Shown here piece by piece: positions 24,181 through 36,879 of a DNA stretch of 64,000 nucleotides. Under the pieces are notes generated by a model. That model saw nothing but the letters and a program-made list of their open reading frames with translations, had not been told where the DNA came from and made no database searches. Position 1 is the stretch's first letter. Every line of letters starts with the position of its first letter. Made by a program: the position numbers and the translations under genes. The DNA comes from Octopus bimaculoides (lineage: Eukaryota): the NCBI RefSeq assembly GCF_001194135.2, contig NC_068984.1:29530621-29594620 (forward strand). Direction: 5' to 3'.

Positions 24181-25045
24181 ATTTGGGGAAGTCGCGACCA
24201 AAGAACAGCTCCAAGTCTTCGGTCAAAAATTTCTCTCTGAAAAGACAGGAGTTAGACAGTTGTGAATGACAATGTTTAGATTCATTACTAAACCGCTGCT
24301 TAACAATTTATTTCAATATAAAAACAAATAATGAAAGCGCATGGTGGAAGAGACAAAATGGAAGAATCTGCAATCATTAATCACGTCCATCTATATTCTA
24401 AATTCAAATCCCTCTGGTATAGATTTCAACAAATACAGAATGCGATAAATGGCTAAGAAGTATATAATAAATCAGCGCAATTAGGGGTACTTGGCAAAAC
24501 TGGAGAAAATCTTCATTAAAAAAAATAGATATTCAGACAATTGCGATAGCTTCTTCAAATAAATTGTAAGACACAATATAATTGTAATGATAATTGTCAT
24601 ATGTTTATCTTTTGAGTTCAAAGCTTCGCTTTCAAGTATAGAGCAAAAGTGTAGACTGAATCTCGATTTAAAAAAATGCAGCTAAACATTTGAAATGATA
24701 TTCATATAAATATAGTAACATATTTATTTATATTTTTAAGTATTGTCTCATTTTAAAGAATATGTTGCGCTGAAGAAAAATGCAAGGATCGAACCTAGAA
24801 AAAGCTACCCAATCTCCTTGAAATCACATATTAACATTTTGAAACACAAAAGACACATGAGACAAATTAATTCCAAGAATAGAGAAACTGGATTGTAGTG
24901 AAGAAGATACTGGTTGTATGGGTTAATATCAGTTGAACCTGCATTGACAATTGGATTAACTTTCTGTTGGACATTTTGTTTGTAGGCTTTTGTCGGTCAC
25001 TGTTGACCAGGGCTAAACAAGAACAGCTATTAATATTTATGTATG

Positions 25046-25265
25046 TAAGGCTGATCGGCAGAATCATTAGCATGCCAAACAAAAAGCTTAGCAGCATATC
25101 GTCCGTCCTCACATTCGGAGTTCAAATTTCGCTATGGCCGGTTTTGCCTTTTATTCTTTGGGAATCGGTAAAATAGGTACCAGCTCAGCATTTGGTGTCG
25201 ATATAATCGACTTAACCCTTCCTCCACCTAAATTGCTCGCCTTGAGGCAAAATTTGAAACCAATA
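25046..25265 (+). mobile_element. SINE family B
   Basis: GGCAGAATCATTAGCATGCC..GCTTAGCAGC..GAGTTCAAATTTCG..GGTACCAG..GTCGATATAATCGACTTAA..AAATTTGAAACC. Confidence 0.85.
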
Positions 25266-25389
25266 CATATGTATCCATGTATATAGTTACTATTTTTAAA
25301 TGCATACTTATATACACGCATATATATACATAAAACTGAATAATGACATACATACATATGTCTTCTTTGATGCAGACTTTGTGGAGTTA

Positions 25390-26060
25390 ACACCAAAATA
25401 TAACCCACATTATAAGCAGTTGTCCGAAAATGTCATCGCGGTTTTATCTACCGATGGCACTTGATGTTTTGCTAGGACACTGTATAACGAGATCAATTGA
25501 AAGGATAACCCCGAGGACAAAGAAATAAGAGGCCACAGTATGGTGGAAGCCAAAGCTACTCATTATAAAAAAGGAGTACTGGTGGAATGTCCCGGCGAAA
25601 ATCTCAGTAAAAAGTAAACACAATAGAATTGATATAGTGATTTGGGAAAGAGAAGAGTAACTATATACAATTGTGGAAATCAATTGCCCAGTGGGTGTTA
25701 GCATAAAGCTGAAGATCAATGAAAAAGAGAACATCTACACTGAACTATTGAGAAATCTGAAGTTACTCTATCCAGATTACAAGTTTAGGTTTATACCTGT
25801 AATTTTTTTTTTGGGGGGGGGGCACTGGAATATGTACCACACAGTCTAAATACCAATCTTGAGAAATTAGGTTTCTCAAAACCAGAAAGGAGAAAGCTAA
25901 TTTGAAGACTAAAGATCTAAGTTATCACTGGAACTGTAAAAATCTGTAAAACTTTCCAGAAGTTTATCATTTAAATATATATGAGCATGTCTAGATATAC
26001 AAGTATACGCACAAGCAGACACATAAAGCAAAACATACAAATCTGCACGTATACATACAT
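25390..26060 (+). mobile_element. REL-endonuclease LINE (R4/NeSL-like, second family), 3' fragment
   Basis: ITHIISSCPKMSSRFYLP (end of CCHC), then EYWWNVP...HNRIDIVIWE...IVEINCP...EKENIYTELLRNLKLLYPDYKFRFIPV...GTVKICKTF: PD-(D/E)xK REL layout, clearly diverged from the Dong-like family. Confidence 0.8.
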
Positions 26061-26110
26061 GCATACATAAATGTATACCTACCTACCTACATACATACAT
26101 ACATACCTTC

Positions 26111-26158
<48 letters not shown>

Positions 26159-27082
26159 ACACATTCATACATACTCGTATCTAAGAAGACATTTAGCTAA
26201 ACCGCCTGAATTTCAACTACTTTTAGAGAATATATGTATAAAAGTTAATCACCATTAATCAAAAATGGTTCGTAATTGACAACGAGAAGCAATACAAGTT
26301 GCGTTAAAGTATGTCTAGCATACATAATCATTACATGGTATAGATAGTCATCTCTGTATCGTAATATCTAATACTACTACAAATACCAAAAATAAAAGCA
26401 AAGTTCTGGATTTAAGTATTTTGGAAACGAATCGCATTTCAGTAGATGACTTCATACGTGAATCACGCAAGCTTATTACGACAAATGACTGGAGGATTTA
26501 TAATAAATACATGGTAGTGAGAAATCTATGAAAATTACTACTGCAAATTCCTTTTCAATTTGAGAGACAATTCTGTCATGTCTTATTTATTGATTCATTT
26601 TTTATATTTTAAAATGCAAAATACTGTTGAGGAAGTAAACAGCAGGACTCTCTCATTTCTGTTTTGTCTTTTCCTTTTTTTAATATAATCTTTGTGTCTT
26701 TCTTCTCTTTTAGCTTTTACTTTCTTCATCTTCGTTTGTAAATGTTATAAAATGCAAAAAAAGAAAACCAGTTGCACAGAATACTACTATTCGAGCAGTA
26801 TATTGTTTCATGAGCCTTTTCAGGTATCTCGGGTATTTTAGCTCCGAGTTTGGAAATAAAGTTTAAAATTAGGTGGCATTTAACAGCACTGCTCTCCAGC
26901 ATTTCTGTCCAAGAAAGAAGATTGTTAGTCAAATTGTTACCATGGTTAATTTTTTCATCCTTTGGTTTCTTCGACACCGATGACCAGTTTTGATCCTATC
27001 AATAACCAAGTGGTAATTGTCAGGTTTTGTCCAGCTTCCAATGAAAACTGTTTTTCGTCGGGCATTTGTCTGGCGACCGTTG

Positions 27083-27270
27083 CTAAATACTTGGTTTTGA
27101 GACAGCTTTAGACACAACTGGCTTCTTAATCGTATTGTCCTCAGCTTGGCGTGGACAGGCTTCACATTTGGACGAAGAAAGATACGTTGTGATAATCTCT
27201 GGTGTTAATTTGTGCAGAGACGTTAGTTTAGCTGAATGTATTGGTTGACAGCGTAAGATCAACGGTGGTT
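27083..27270 (-). CDS. Candidate terminal coding exon of an unidentified host gene
   Basis: Acceptor TTCTGACTCCAGTTGATTTCAG (AG at 27272-27271), phase 1, open for 61 codons (PPLILRCQPIHSAKLTSLHKLTPEIITTYLSSSKCEACPRQAEDNTIKKPVVSKAVSKPSI*) in non-repetitive, GC-elevated sequence. No protein family recognised. Confidence 0.3.
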
Positions 27271-28283
27271 CTGAAATCAACTGGAGTCAGAATGTTGCTC
27301 AAAATGGTGAGCATGCTATAGCACATACTCAACAGCTAGGAAAACTACGGGGATACTGATCTGCTTTGAATAGTATATCATCAAGAATTTGTTGCAAATA
27401 CCATTCTATGAATATTGTAGTGTCGCAGACTTAACTTTGAAAACGTATGCTGTCTGGATAAGCAGAGCTCCACACATGAAGTGCGTTCTTTATGTCTTAA
27501 AACGTCAGAACATCGAACACCGGGGAATGAGAGAAGCCATAACGGAAAGCGAGGCATGAATGGGAGGTAAGAAGCAGTAGTGATTATCTCCTCTTCTCTG
27601 TGAGTCGCTAACAACCGTGGCCAGAATATCTGATTTGTTTTTTGAACTATAAGGGCTTTTGACTTAACTAACTTATTACACCACCTCTACGTAAGTTCAT
27701 ATCATAGGTAAAACCATATGTTATTTTCGTAAGCACAAAACCTATTAATTTGGAAAATTATTAGTGGTAAAAGCTGTAACACTTTTTCTAATTGTAAAAA
27801 AATATTTTTCCATAAATACAAGGATATACTTAGTACAGGCAATCATACACGCATGTTAAACAGGTTTGCGCACACACACGTATATGACAGGCACTAACGC
27901 ACACGTATTCGCAATCACACACACACGCATACATATACAAACACACACATTCATGGAACTAATAACACATCCACATCCACGCAGTCATACAAGTATACAC
28001 ACACACACAAGACAACATACATACACAAACAACATACATAAACACACACACGTATGCGTGCGCTTCAAATTTTGCTTCTGTCAGCTTCCGAGACAAGATC
28101 CCCTCCTCCAGCAGCTTCTTGTCTAACCACGCACGCAGTAAAAGAAATTCTCCTTTCTAATGCATCTGGTGTTGCTAAAATGTCGATCTCACTTCTAACA
28201 AAAACATATCACCTGCTTCGAAGAATAGCACCCCATCTTCCAGCAGCCAGCTTGGACTTCCTGTGATGCTCCATTGGGGCCGA

Positions 28284-28540
28284 AGTCTTAACTGGTACGT
28301 CACACGTCACTATGAATTTTCTTTAATTTTTTCCGCCTTTATTTTCTTAGTTTACTTTCTATTTTTTTGTTTTTTCCTTTTTCTCTTTGCCTTTCTTCCT
28401 CTTTTCTTCTTTCACATGACTTTGTAAATGAACAAAATGATGTGTTTATTTTAATGGCCTACCAATGTATACAGAGCGTTTCTCTGCCATAGGTTTCAGG
28501 AAGGCCTTCGGCAAGAAATGGAGACAGAATTGAAAGATGG
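28284..28540 (+). mobile_element. R4/Dong-like LINE, 3' end only
   Basis: GTCTTAACTGGTACGTCACACG, pyrimidine tract, TCACATGACTTTGTAAATGAAC...GGCAAGAAATGGA; homologous to 29150-29425 and 34600-34860. Confidence 0.8.
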
Positions 28541-28587
28541 TGATGATGATAACAACAACAACAATAATAATGATAACAATAATAATA

Positions 28588-29425
28588 GACCCGGAACTAC
28601 CAAGCTAATGTGATAAAAATGGAGTAGACCCACAATACCGATACTGCTATGATGATATTGAAACAGTGGACCACCTAATCTCTGGGTGTAAGGTTTTAGA
28701 ACCGGTAGAGTATAAATCAAGACATGGCAGAGTTGGTCAATATCTACACTGGTTAATATGTCAGCATCATAATATCAAAACTGCTGACAAATGGTGATAG
28801 CATCACCTGAGGATGTGACTGAGGAAGAAAATATAACGAGTCTTTGGGAATTTCCAGTACATACAGACCGGGCCATCAAAGTTAATAAACCATATATTGT
28901 TGTGAAAGACCAAAAGATTAAATCTATTTATTGATTGACATGAGCATACCTTGTGATCATAATATCGCGGCAAAAGAATTTGATAGTCTCAGAAAATATA
29001 AAGATTTGTTGATTGAAATCGAAAAAAATGTGGCATCTCAAGACGGTTACAATACCAGTAGGAGCATTTGGAATAATTAAAGAGGAAACTGAAAATTATT
29101 TGAGAATGATACCTAGCTTACCATCCGTGCCAGAAGTAAAAAAAGATTGTCTTTACTGATACGTCACACGTACTGAGAAGAGCATTGTTGTTGTGACTTT
29201 TCTCTTCTTTTCCCCTTTATTTTCTTTGTTTTATTTTTCACTTTTTCTTTGTTTCCTTCTTTCTTTTTTTCTCTCACTGTATTTCTTTCCCTTCTTTTTC
29301 TATCACATGACTTTGTAAATGAACACTCTGGTCTGTTTATTTTGATGACCTACCGATATATACAGTGAGTTTCTTTGCCTTAGCTGTTGAGAAGACACTC
29401 GGCAAGAAATGGAAATAAAACTGAA
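28588..29425 (+). mobile_element. R4/Dong-like LINE, 5'-truncated (CCHC plus REL plus 3' UTR)
   Basis: YCYDDIETVDHLISGCKVL...KSRHGRVGQYLHWLICQH and LIDMSIPCDHNIAAKEFD..RKYKDLLIEIEK.W.LKTVTIPV with stops and frameshifts; (AAT/AAC) repeats upstream, (GAT)(AAT) downstream. Confidence 0.9.
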
Positions 29426-29517
29426 AGAAGAAGATGATGATGATGATGTTGATGATGATGATGATGATGATGATGGTGATGATGATAATAATAATAATAA
29501 TAATAATAATAATTTAA

Positions 29518-29738
29518 TTCTTTATTGCCCACAGGGGGGTAAACATAGAGGGGTCAAACAAAGGGTTTAAGCCGATTACACCGACCCCAGTGCGTAACTG
29601 GTACTTATTTAATCGACCCAGAAAGGATGAAAGGCAAAGTCGACCTCGGCGGAGTTAGACCTCAGAACGTAACGGCAGACGAAATACCGCTAAGCATTTC
29701 ACCCTGTGTGCTAACGATTCTGCCAGCTCGTCGCCTTT
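29518..29738 (-). mobile_element. SINE family B variant, flanked by (TAA)n (duplicated at 29902-30033 across a 10-N gap)
   Basis: GGCGACGAGCTGGCAGAATCGTTAGCACA..GGGTGAAATGCTTAGCGGTATTTCGTCTGCCGTTACGTTCTGAGGTCTAACTCCGCCGAGGTCGACTTTGCC on minus. Confidence 0.9.
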
Positions 29739-29744
29739 AATAAA

Positions 29745-29817
<73 letters not shown>

Positions 29818-30039
29818 TGCATGTGCCTGGTGTACCCTTATCAGACGGGTAGTCATGATGGGTATATTGGGCTTTGTATATTTTACCCCAGNNNNNNNNN
29901 NATTTAATCGACCCAGAAAGGATGAAAGGCAAAGTCGACCTCGGCGGAGTTAGACCTCAGAACGTAACGGCAGACGAAATACCGCTAAGCATTTCACCCT
30001 GTGTGCTAACGATTCTGCCAGCTCGTCGCCTTTAATAAA

Positions 30040-30110
<71 letters not shown>

Positions 30111-30112
<2 letters not shown>

Positions 30113-30220
30113 TGCATGTGCCTGGTGTACCCTTATCAGACGGGTAGTCATGATGGGTATATTGGGCTTTGTATATTTTACCCCAGTGTCACTTTGGTGG
30201 CATGCACTGCTCTCTCACTC
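30111..30220 (+). mobile_element. Family D non-autonomous element, 5'-truncated copy (last ~108 nt)
   Basis: Matches 30692-30800 and sits between (AAT)n tracts. A partial duplicate at 29816-29891 is probably an assembly echo. Confidence 0.8.
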
Positions 30221-30262
30221 AATGATAATAATAATAATGATGATAATAATAACAATAATAAA

Positions 30263-30800
30263 CGCCTTGATGCAGTACCAGGCAGTGACTCTCATGGCTT
30301 CTGATCTTAACTGATTGGAAGTGCTATCATGTACATTATTTTGTTTTGGTATAAAAGATGGGTAACAGCCAATTTTCTGCTCAATACCACAGATTTGCTT
30401 ATCAGTTGTTTGACCTTAACCGACATATTATTTGGTGGTGAACGATACGTGCATCTGTGATCACGAGCATAAGTAGAGGGCGAATATCATAGGCATGTGT
30501 GGAGAGGGAATTCTTGGGACATTGAATAGTTCACCTCTAGAAACATGGGTGTTTCGTTCAACATCCTTAAACAACCCTTATTCAAGTGTTGAGCTACTCG
30601 ACCAGAAGAAAACTCTAGCTGGGCTCAACCTGCAAGGTCACGCGCTGTTTATCTTGATATGAGGTCACCATGTCGCGCAAATATGCTTTTGATGCATGTG
30701 CCTGGTGTACCCTTATCAGACGGGTAGTCATGATGGGTATATTGGGCTTCGTATATTTTGCACCAGTTTCACTTTGATGGCATGCACTGCTCTCTCACTC
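30263..30800 (+). mobile_element. Family D: 538-bp non-coding TAA-flanked retroposon-like element
   Basis: Starts CGCCTTGATGCAGTACCAGGCAG after AAT repeats and ends GCACTGCTCTCTCACTC followed by AAT repeats. Same 3' end as the truncated copy. No long ORF and no tRNA-like head seen. Confidence 0.75.
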
Positions 30801-30807
30801 AATGATA

Positions 30808-30871
<64 letters not shown>

Positions 30872-30879
30872 CGATACTA

Positions 30880-30947
<68 letters not shown>

Positions 30948-30948
<1 letters not shown>

Positions 30949-33900
30949 GCTGACCTCCCCACCATCTGCCAAATCTATTTATATACCTGTAGAATTTGAA
31001 CTAGTCATCAAGCTGCTAGTCTTCCCCCAACTGTTTCCTCCAACAACCACATATTTACGATTATCTCAAGTGCAGGACAACAGTTGAAAACAAAGAACAT
31101 TTAATAATTTTTTAAAATAATAAATGGAAATAATAATAATGGTAATAACAATAGTAGTGGTGGTGATGGTGATAATGATAAAAATAAAAATAATGATAAT
31201 ATACTGCAGCTGCTAATACTACAACTTCTACTATTCTGATAGCACAGGATTCTGAGGCCCAACTACCACTACTGCCTCCCACATGTGTAACCTCTGAGAC
31301 TGTTAATATAACAAAAAATGAAAACAATAATACCAGTGATATCAGAGAAGATAAAAATAATAATAATGAAAGGAAGCGCGTGGAGCCTCTCCATGGACTG
31401 ATGAATGATACATCTAGTGATGGTGCCACAATAAAAACACTGGTAATTGGACAACTTGATAATCGCTACCTCATATGAGTGACAATGAAAAAACAAAATA
31501 TTGTGAATAACGGTGGTAATGAAACTGAAGGCATTGATGGTGACAGTGTTGCACCCGGCAGACTCAGAGAGACTCTGCTTCGGCTCCAGCCTGTCGATAT
31601 CCAGAAAAGGACCACCACACACGGCGTAGATGGAACAAGTGAATTAATGCTGTGGTCATGGAGTGTTACTACCTGAGCAGACCGGTAGCTGAAAATGGTG
31701 CTCAAATTAGGGGTCACCAACAACGTATGTATAATCATTAGAGGGAAAAGGGATTGTTTTAACTCACGGAATAGAGACTATGTGATCAAGCTAGAGCAAC
31801 AGGAAAAAATTGTTGGTTCACAAAAGTAGAGCTGGAAGCTATCAAAATAGCAGTAGATATAGCGATGAAAATGCAGTTTTACTAATGGAAGTACTCTCAT
31901 AGCACAGGAAAGGAGCAGTGGTAGTCTACTTATGAGAGACATATTGATGATTTAAAAGAAGGCAATAAAACCAATGGCAACATGACAGATAGATAAAAGG
32001 AAATCTACAACAAAATAAAGGCAAGACTACAGGAGAACGATAGCGACATTATTTGCAACCTTAAAAAGGTTGACCGGTGAAATTTGAACCAAGAAACGAA
32101 AAATGTCAATGAAATTCTGAAATACATCAGAACAAACAACATCACAGAAACAAATAATTTGATCAAAGCAGCAAGTATTGTTGTAACAGAAAATGTGGGT
32201 GTTGATGTCAAGAAAAAGAAATATAATGGAAGTGACAAAAGAAAAGATCCATGGCGGAAAAGAAGAATACAGGCAGGGTTAGATATGCTCTCGAAGGAAA
32301 ATTCTGGTGTAAGACCGAAAAGAGAAAGGAGAGCTTAAACTCGAACAAAAATACAGGGAGCTGAAAAGGAAGAATAATATTGAAAGAAAGGGCCTGAAAT
32401 TCGTAGGAGGAACTAAAACAGCGCCTCGTTGCAAAGAAAGCATAGATGGTAAGATACGACCACAGAATGAAGGGTTACCACCAGAATAGGTTATTCAGAG
32501 TAGATCAGAAGAGATTCTATAAAGAAATAAATGGAGAGTGTACAGATGAAAAGTCAAGGGTTTTGGAGTGACGTTTAAAGTAAAGACAAGGAGTACAAGA
32601 AGGATGATGAATGGTTGCAAGAACTGAAAGAAACAGTAGTCTGCCTCGAACAGGCTGAACTAGTGATTTCAGTTAGGGAAGTGAAGAAAATCAGCAAAAA
32701 TAAGCATCTGGAAGGCCCCGGGACCAGATAGAGTTCAAGGTGACTGGATGAAAAGATTTGGTGAATGTCAAGCACGAAAAGCTGCACAACTCAGCACCTT
32801 GTTGAATGCCGACCAAGTAACATCAGAGTGGTTGATATTGGATAGGACAGTGCTGTGCTGGAAAACATCGAAAAAGGCAATACGGTAGACAATTACAGGC
32901 CGATATTAACTTTCCCACTTATGTGGAAGTTATTGACTGGAATACTCGAGGAGTCAATCTACAAACATAGGGAAAAATGGAGTCCTGCCACATGATCCTT
33001 TACAAGGATCAACTTCTGATAGCCAAAATTCTACTTAGAGACTGCAGACGTAGAAAAGTAACTTGGCCATGTCATCGATCGACTATCGTAAGGCATACGA
33101 TGATTCCACACTCTTGGATAATGGAATGCATGAACCTATTTCGAATTGCATTGAATGTTGAGCGATTGCTTGGAAAAAGTATGGCGAATTGGAGGACGGA
33201 CTTGACAACATACGGAAGAAGTTTAGGGACAGTAGAAATTTGGAGGGGCATCTTTCAAGGGACTGCCTGTCCCCACTGATCTTTGTACTGTGCTAAAACT
33301 GATTCTGAGGAAAGCAACAGCAGGCTATGTATTCAAAAGCCGCCAAGAAAAAGTCAACCATTTGTTATTCATGGATGACCTCAAACTTTATGGTAAAGAT
33401 GAAGCCCGAATCAGTTCGCTTATACGGTGTATACTTTTAGTGCTGATATTACAATGGAGTTCGGACTGAGAAAGTGTGGTGTGTTAGAATTGAAGAGAGG
33501 CAAAATCAAATGTACGGACGGGCTATCGGTACCGTCGGCGGAGGTTATGAAGCAGATACAAGAAACGGGCTATAAGTATTTGGGGATTTTGGAAATGTAA
33601 ATTGATGGAGAAAGAAATGACAGAAAAATTTAAGGTGGAGTACGTGCGCAGACTGAGGCTGATCCTTAGTCGAAATTAAACGGATGGAATTAGATTGAAG
33701 TTATCAACACCTTGGCGGTTTCACTCTTTAGATAAGGAGCAGGGGTGATCGCATGGGCAGTAGACGAACTAAGCAGCATAGACGAAAAGAAGACAAGGAA
33801 CTTACTAACTAGATATAAGACACTCCACCCAAAAAGTGACACAGACAGTCTGTATGTACCAAGAAAAAGAGGGGGAAGAGGATTTATTGGATGCGAACAC

Positions 33901-34860
33901 AGCATTAGAGCAGAAGAAAACAACATAGCATGGTATGTAAAAAATGCCAGAGAACCGCTAATATTAGAAGTAAGAACGTCAGGCTTGTGTAGGATGGAAG
34001 ATTGCAAAGAGAATGAAGGCTGCCCAAGTTCAGAGCTTATTCACCCGGAACTATCAAGCTAATGTGACGAAACATGGTGTGGATCCAAAGTGTCGACACT
34101 ACAACGATGGGATGGAAACAGTGGACTACCTAATCTCTGGATATAAGGTTTTTTGTTCCTATAGAGTAGAAATCAAGACATGACAGAGTTGGCTAATTTC
34201 TACATTGGATAATGTATCAGCATAAAATCAAAACTGCGGACAAATGTACGAGCACCACCCTGAAGCTGTAACTGAGGGAGGAAATGTAACTATTCTTTAA
34301 GACTTCCCAGGAAGTACAGACCGGACCATCAAAACAAACCAGATTTTGTTGTGAAAGACCAAAACAATAAAGTCTGTTTATTGATTGATATGAGTATACC
34401 CTGTGACCATAATACCTTCGTAAAAGAATTTGATAAACTCAGAAAATATATAGATTTGCTAATCGAAATCGAAAAGATGTGGCATCTCACGACGGTTACA
34501 ATACCAGTGATTGTAGGAGCACATGGAATGATCAAAAAAAGGAACTGAAAATTATTTAAGAATGATCTCTGGTTTACTATCCATGCAGGAAGTGCAAAAG
34601 ATTGTCTTAACTGGTACATCACAACACTGTGGCTGTGAGTATTCTTTCCCCCCCCCTTATTTTATTTCTTTACTTTATTATTTTTATTATTTTTTTTATT
34701 TTTCCTTCTGTCTTTCCCTTTTTCTCTATCACATGACTTTGTAAATGAACAATCTGGTGTGTTTATTTTAATGTCCTACTAATATGTACAGTATGTTTCT
34801 CTACCCTAGGAGTCAGGAAGACACGATAAGAAATGGAAGCAGAATTGAAAAAAAAAATGC
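30948..34860 (+). mobile_element. R4/Dong-like non-LTR retrotransposon, near full length, heavily decayed single ORF (N-terminal domain, RT, CCHC, REL)
   Basis: N-terminal RRRWNK..NAVVMECYYLSRP...RLCDQAR..KNCWFTKVELEAIK. RT motifs NYRPI...LMWKLLTG, WRGIFQG, LLFMDDLKLYGK, EFGLRKCG, YKYLGILE. Thumb LYVPRKRGGRG. REL VVKDQNNKVCLLIDMSIPCDHN..KEFDKLRKYIDLLIEIEKMW. 3' UTR ends in (AAT)n. The 5' boundary is uncertain (30948-31380). Confidence 0.92.
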
Positions 34861-35451
34861 TAATGAAAATAATAATAATAATAATAATAATAATATTTAC
34901 AGAGACATATGCAAAGTGATGCTAGTGGATCAACGCCGTTCGATGATGTGAATTAAATTGTTCGATCAACTAATTTTCCTACTATTGAATTAACGTGTAA
35001 GTACATAAGTAGAAACTGAGAAATATATACCTTTAATGTAATCCTTAAACGAAATTAGCATAACTGAGAGCGTGACGAGACATGTAAATTTTTAATTATA
35101 CTTACAATCAACCCAACAATCTTATAAGTTGTTTTCTTCGGTACCCCAGTTGCACACACAGGGAATATGTTGAACCGGTGCTACCGAAAAAAACATGCAG
35201 TGAGATCAAGCCCTACATGCGTCAATTTTGTGTGCGCTTGAGTGTAAGCGTGTGTGAAGAAATGTCCTCATATTTTATTAACGCAGATTCCTACAAACTG
35301 TTCTCCAGTACACATCCCCACGCAGGAGTAGACATACACAAACACGCACACATACACATACAAAGAGAGACACGTGAGAGAAAATGAGAAAATAAGAAAG
35401 AAAGAAAGAAAGAAAGAAAGAGAGAAAATAGGAGAAAGAGAGACAGAGGAT

Positions 35452-35486
35452 AGCAAACTACTTACCACACAGCCACCCCTGCGCCA
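35452..35486 (-). mobile_element. SINE family A head only
   Basis: Reverse complement GGCGCAGGGGTGGCTGTGTGGTAAGTAGTTTGC, then TC-rich simple repeats. Confidence 0.7.
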
Positions 35487-36539
35487 TATATATAGAGAGA
35501 ACCACATGATAGATATTAGGCGAAATGTCATGCCGTCTGGCATAATGCAATCTTTGGATATAATCTGGTGCCTTTAGATGTAGTACCAGCTGCAGTGTTA
35601 TAGTTCGTAAGTTTTGACGCACACTCTATTTAACAGTTGCTGACATCAGGTTGTTACATTTATCTATAAGGAGCAGAAAAAAAAACACATAGTAAATGCT
35701 ATATACACACACACACGCATATATTAAATTCGGACAACAATAGAACAATATAACGAATTTGCCTTCATCCGTTCTCTCTCGCACCGTATGTATTTGCTTA
35801 CTTCTGGCGCATCATCATAACATATGTAATTTTTCTTACACCTCATTTACCAATGTACTCTTTCATTAATTGTGGAGTTGAAGTTAAGTTTACTTTTGTC
35901 CACATATAAATTTTTAATGACATTTACAAAAATGTTTTGAAAATTATTTTCTGACAAATTTAATGTTATAGGATTTATTTTCTGAAAATTAAATGCAAAT
36001 GACTTAAGAAGATTACAAAATGGAACAGGTTTATTTTCTTGTAGTTATTTCCGAGTCGTTGAACACATGATTTACTGGAAGAAGAAGTTACTTTGATTTG
36101 TGAGGTTACGACAATTATAATATTTTTTTCTCCTATGAAAGTTTGTATTAGTTTTGTAGTAAGCAATAAATATAATAAAGTATATAGATAATATGGTATG
36201 TCGCTAGTAAGCAACTCTCTATTTTGTTAATTGTATCCGTTCAATGGGAGATAAATCTCTACTAACGGAATCTACTTTTCGCAGCGGTAAAATCCATATA
36301 ATTAAAAGGTTTCTTAAAAGAAAATGTAGAAACATATAACAGATAGAATATTCTCTGTTGACAAGTGGTTTGATTCCAGTACCTGAAGGTAAGAATTTTG
36401 ATGCGAGGCCTACGTGGATACATATTTTTCTGTTGTGCGATTCAGGAAGTGATATTAACTATGCAAGAGTAATTCAGCATAACATTACTCACATAAAAAC
36501 GTTGTGGCATTTATTTGGACTTGGTATGTTTTGAAGTGA

Positions 36540-36872
36540 ATGCGCATGACTCGGTGGTTAGAGCGTCGATCTTACGATCGTGAGGTTGTGAGTTCGATTC
36601 CCGGGCCGAGCTGCGTGTTGTGTTCTTGAGCAAGACAATTTATGTCACGTTGCTCCAGTTCCCTCAGCTGTAGAAATGGGTTGCGATGTCACTGGTGCCA
36701 AGCCGTATCGGCCTTTCCCTTGGAAAACATCAGTGGTGTGGAGAAGGGAGACTGGTATGCATGGGCGACTGCTGGTCTTCCATAAACAACTTTGCCCGGA
36801 CATGTGCCTGGAAGGGTAACTTTTGTAGGTGCAATCCCATGGTCATTCATGACCGAAGGGGATCACCCTTTG
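36540..36872 (+). mobile_element. SINE family C: tRNA head plus CORE domain (OR2-like by recollection)
   Basis: A-box-like TCGGTGGTTAGAGCG, B-box-like GAGTTCGATTCC, CORE-like GTGTTCTTGAGCAAGACA..TTAT..CACGTTGCTCCAGTT..CTCAGCTGTAGAAATGGG. Confidence 0.85.
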
Positions 36873-36879
36873 GTATGTT

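Noticed and set aside
28060-28283. GC-rich segment upstream of the first Dong 3' fragment (5' inversion or exon?)
   Set aside because: No frame on either strand matches the Dong ORF or any motif I recognise; left unassigned.
29607-30185. Apparent 295-bp perfect tandem duplication (SINE B, TAA tract, family D fragment)
   Set aside because: The two copies are identical, including TAA length, and are separated by a 10-N gap: most likely an unmerged contig overlap.
30264-30285. Resemblance of GATGCAGTACCAGG to the U2 snRNA 3' region (Keno/Utopia-type target)
   Set aside because: The match is only ~9 nt and no other U2 sequence is present.
31400-31450. CTGATGA in the 5' part of the Dong-like element as a possible hammerhead
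   Set aside because: No matching stem II, GAAA or stem I, and it lies in an otherwise open N-terminal reading frame.
36541-36612. tRNA gene
   Set aside because: The tRNA-like A/B boxes run directly into a CORE-like domain and no acceptor stem is evident; it is a SINE head. The same applies to the family A and B heads.
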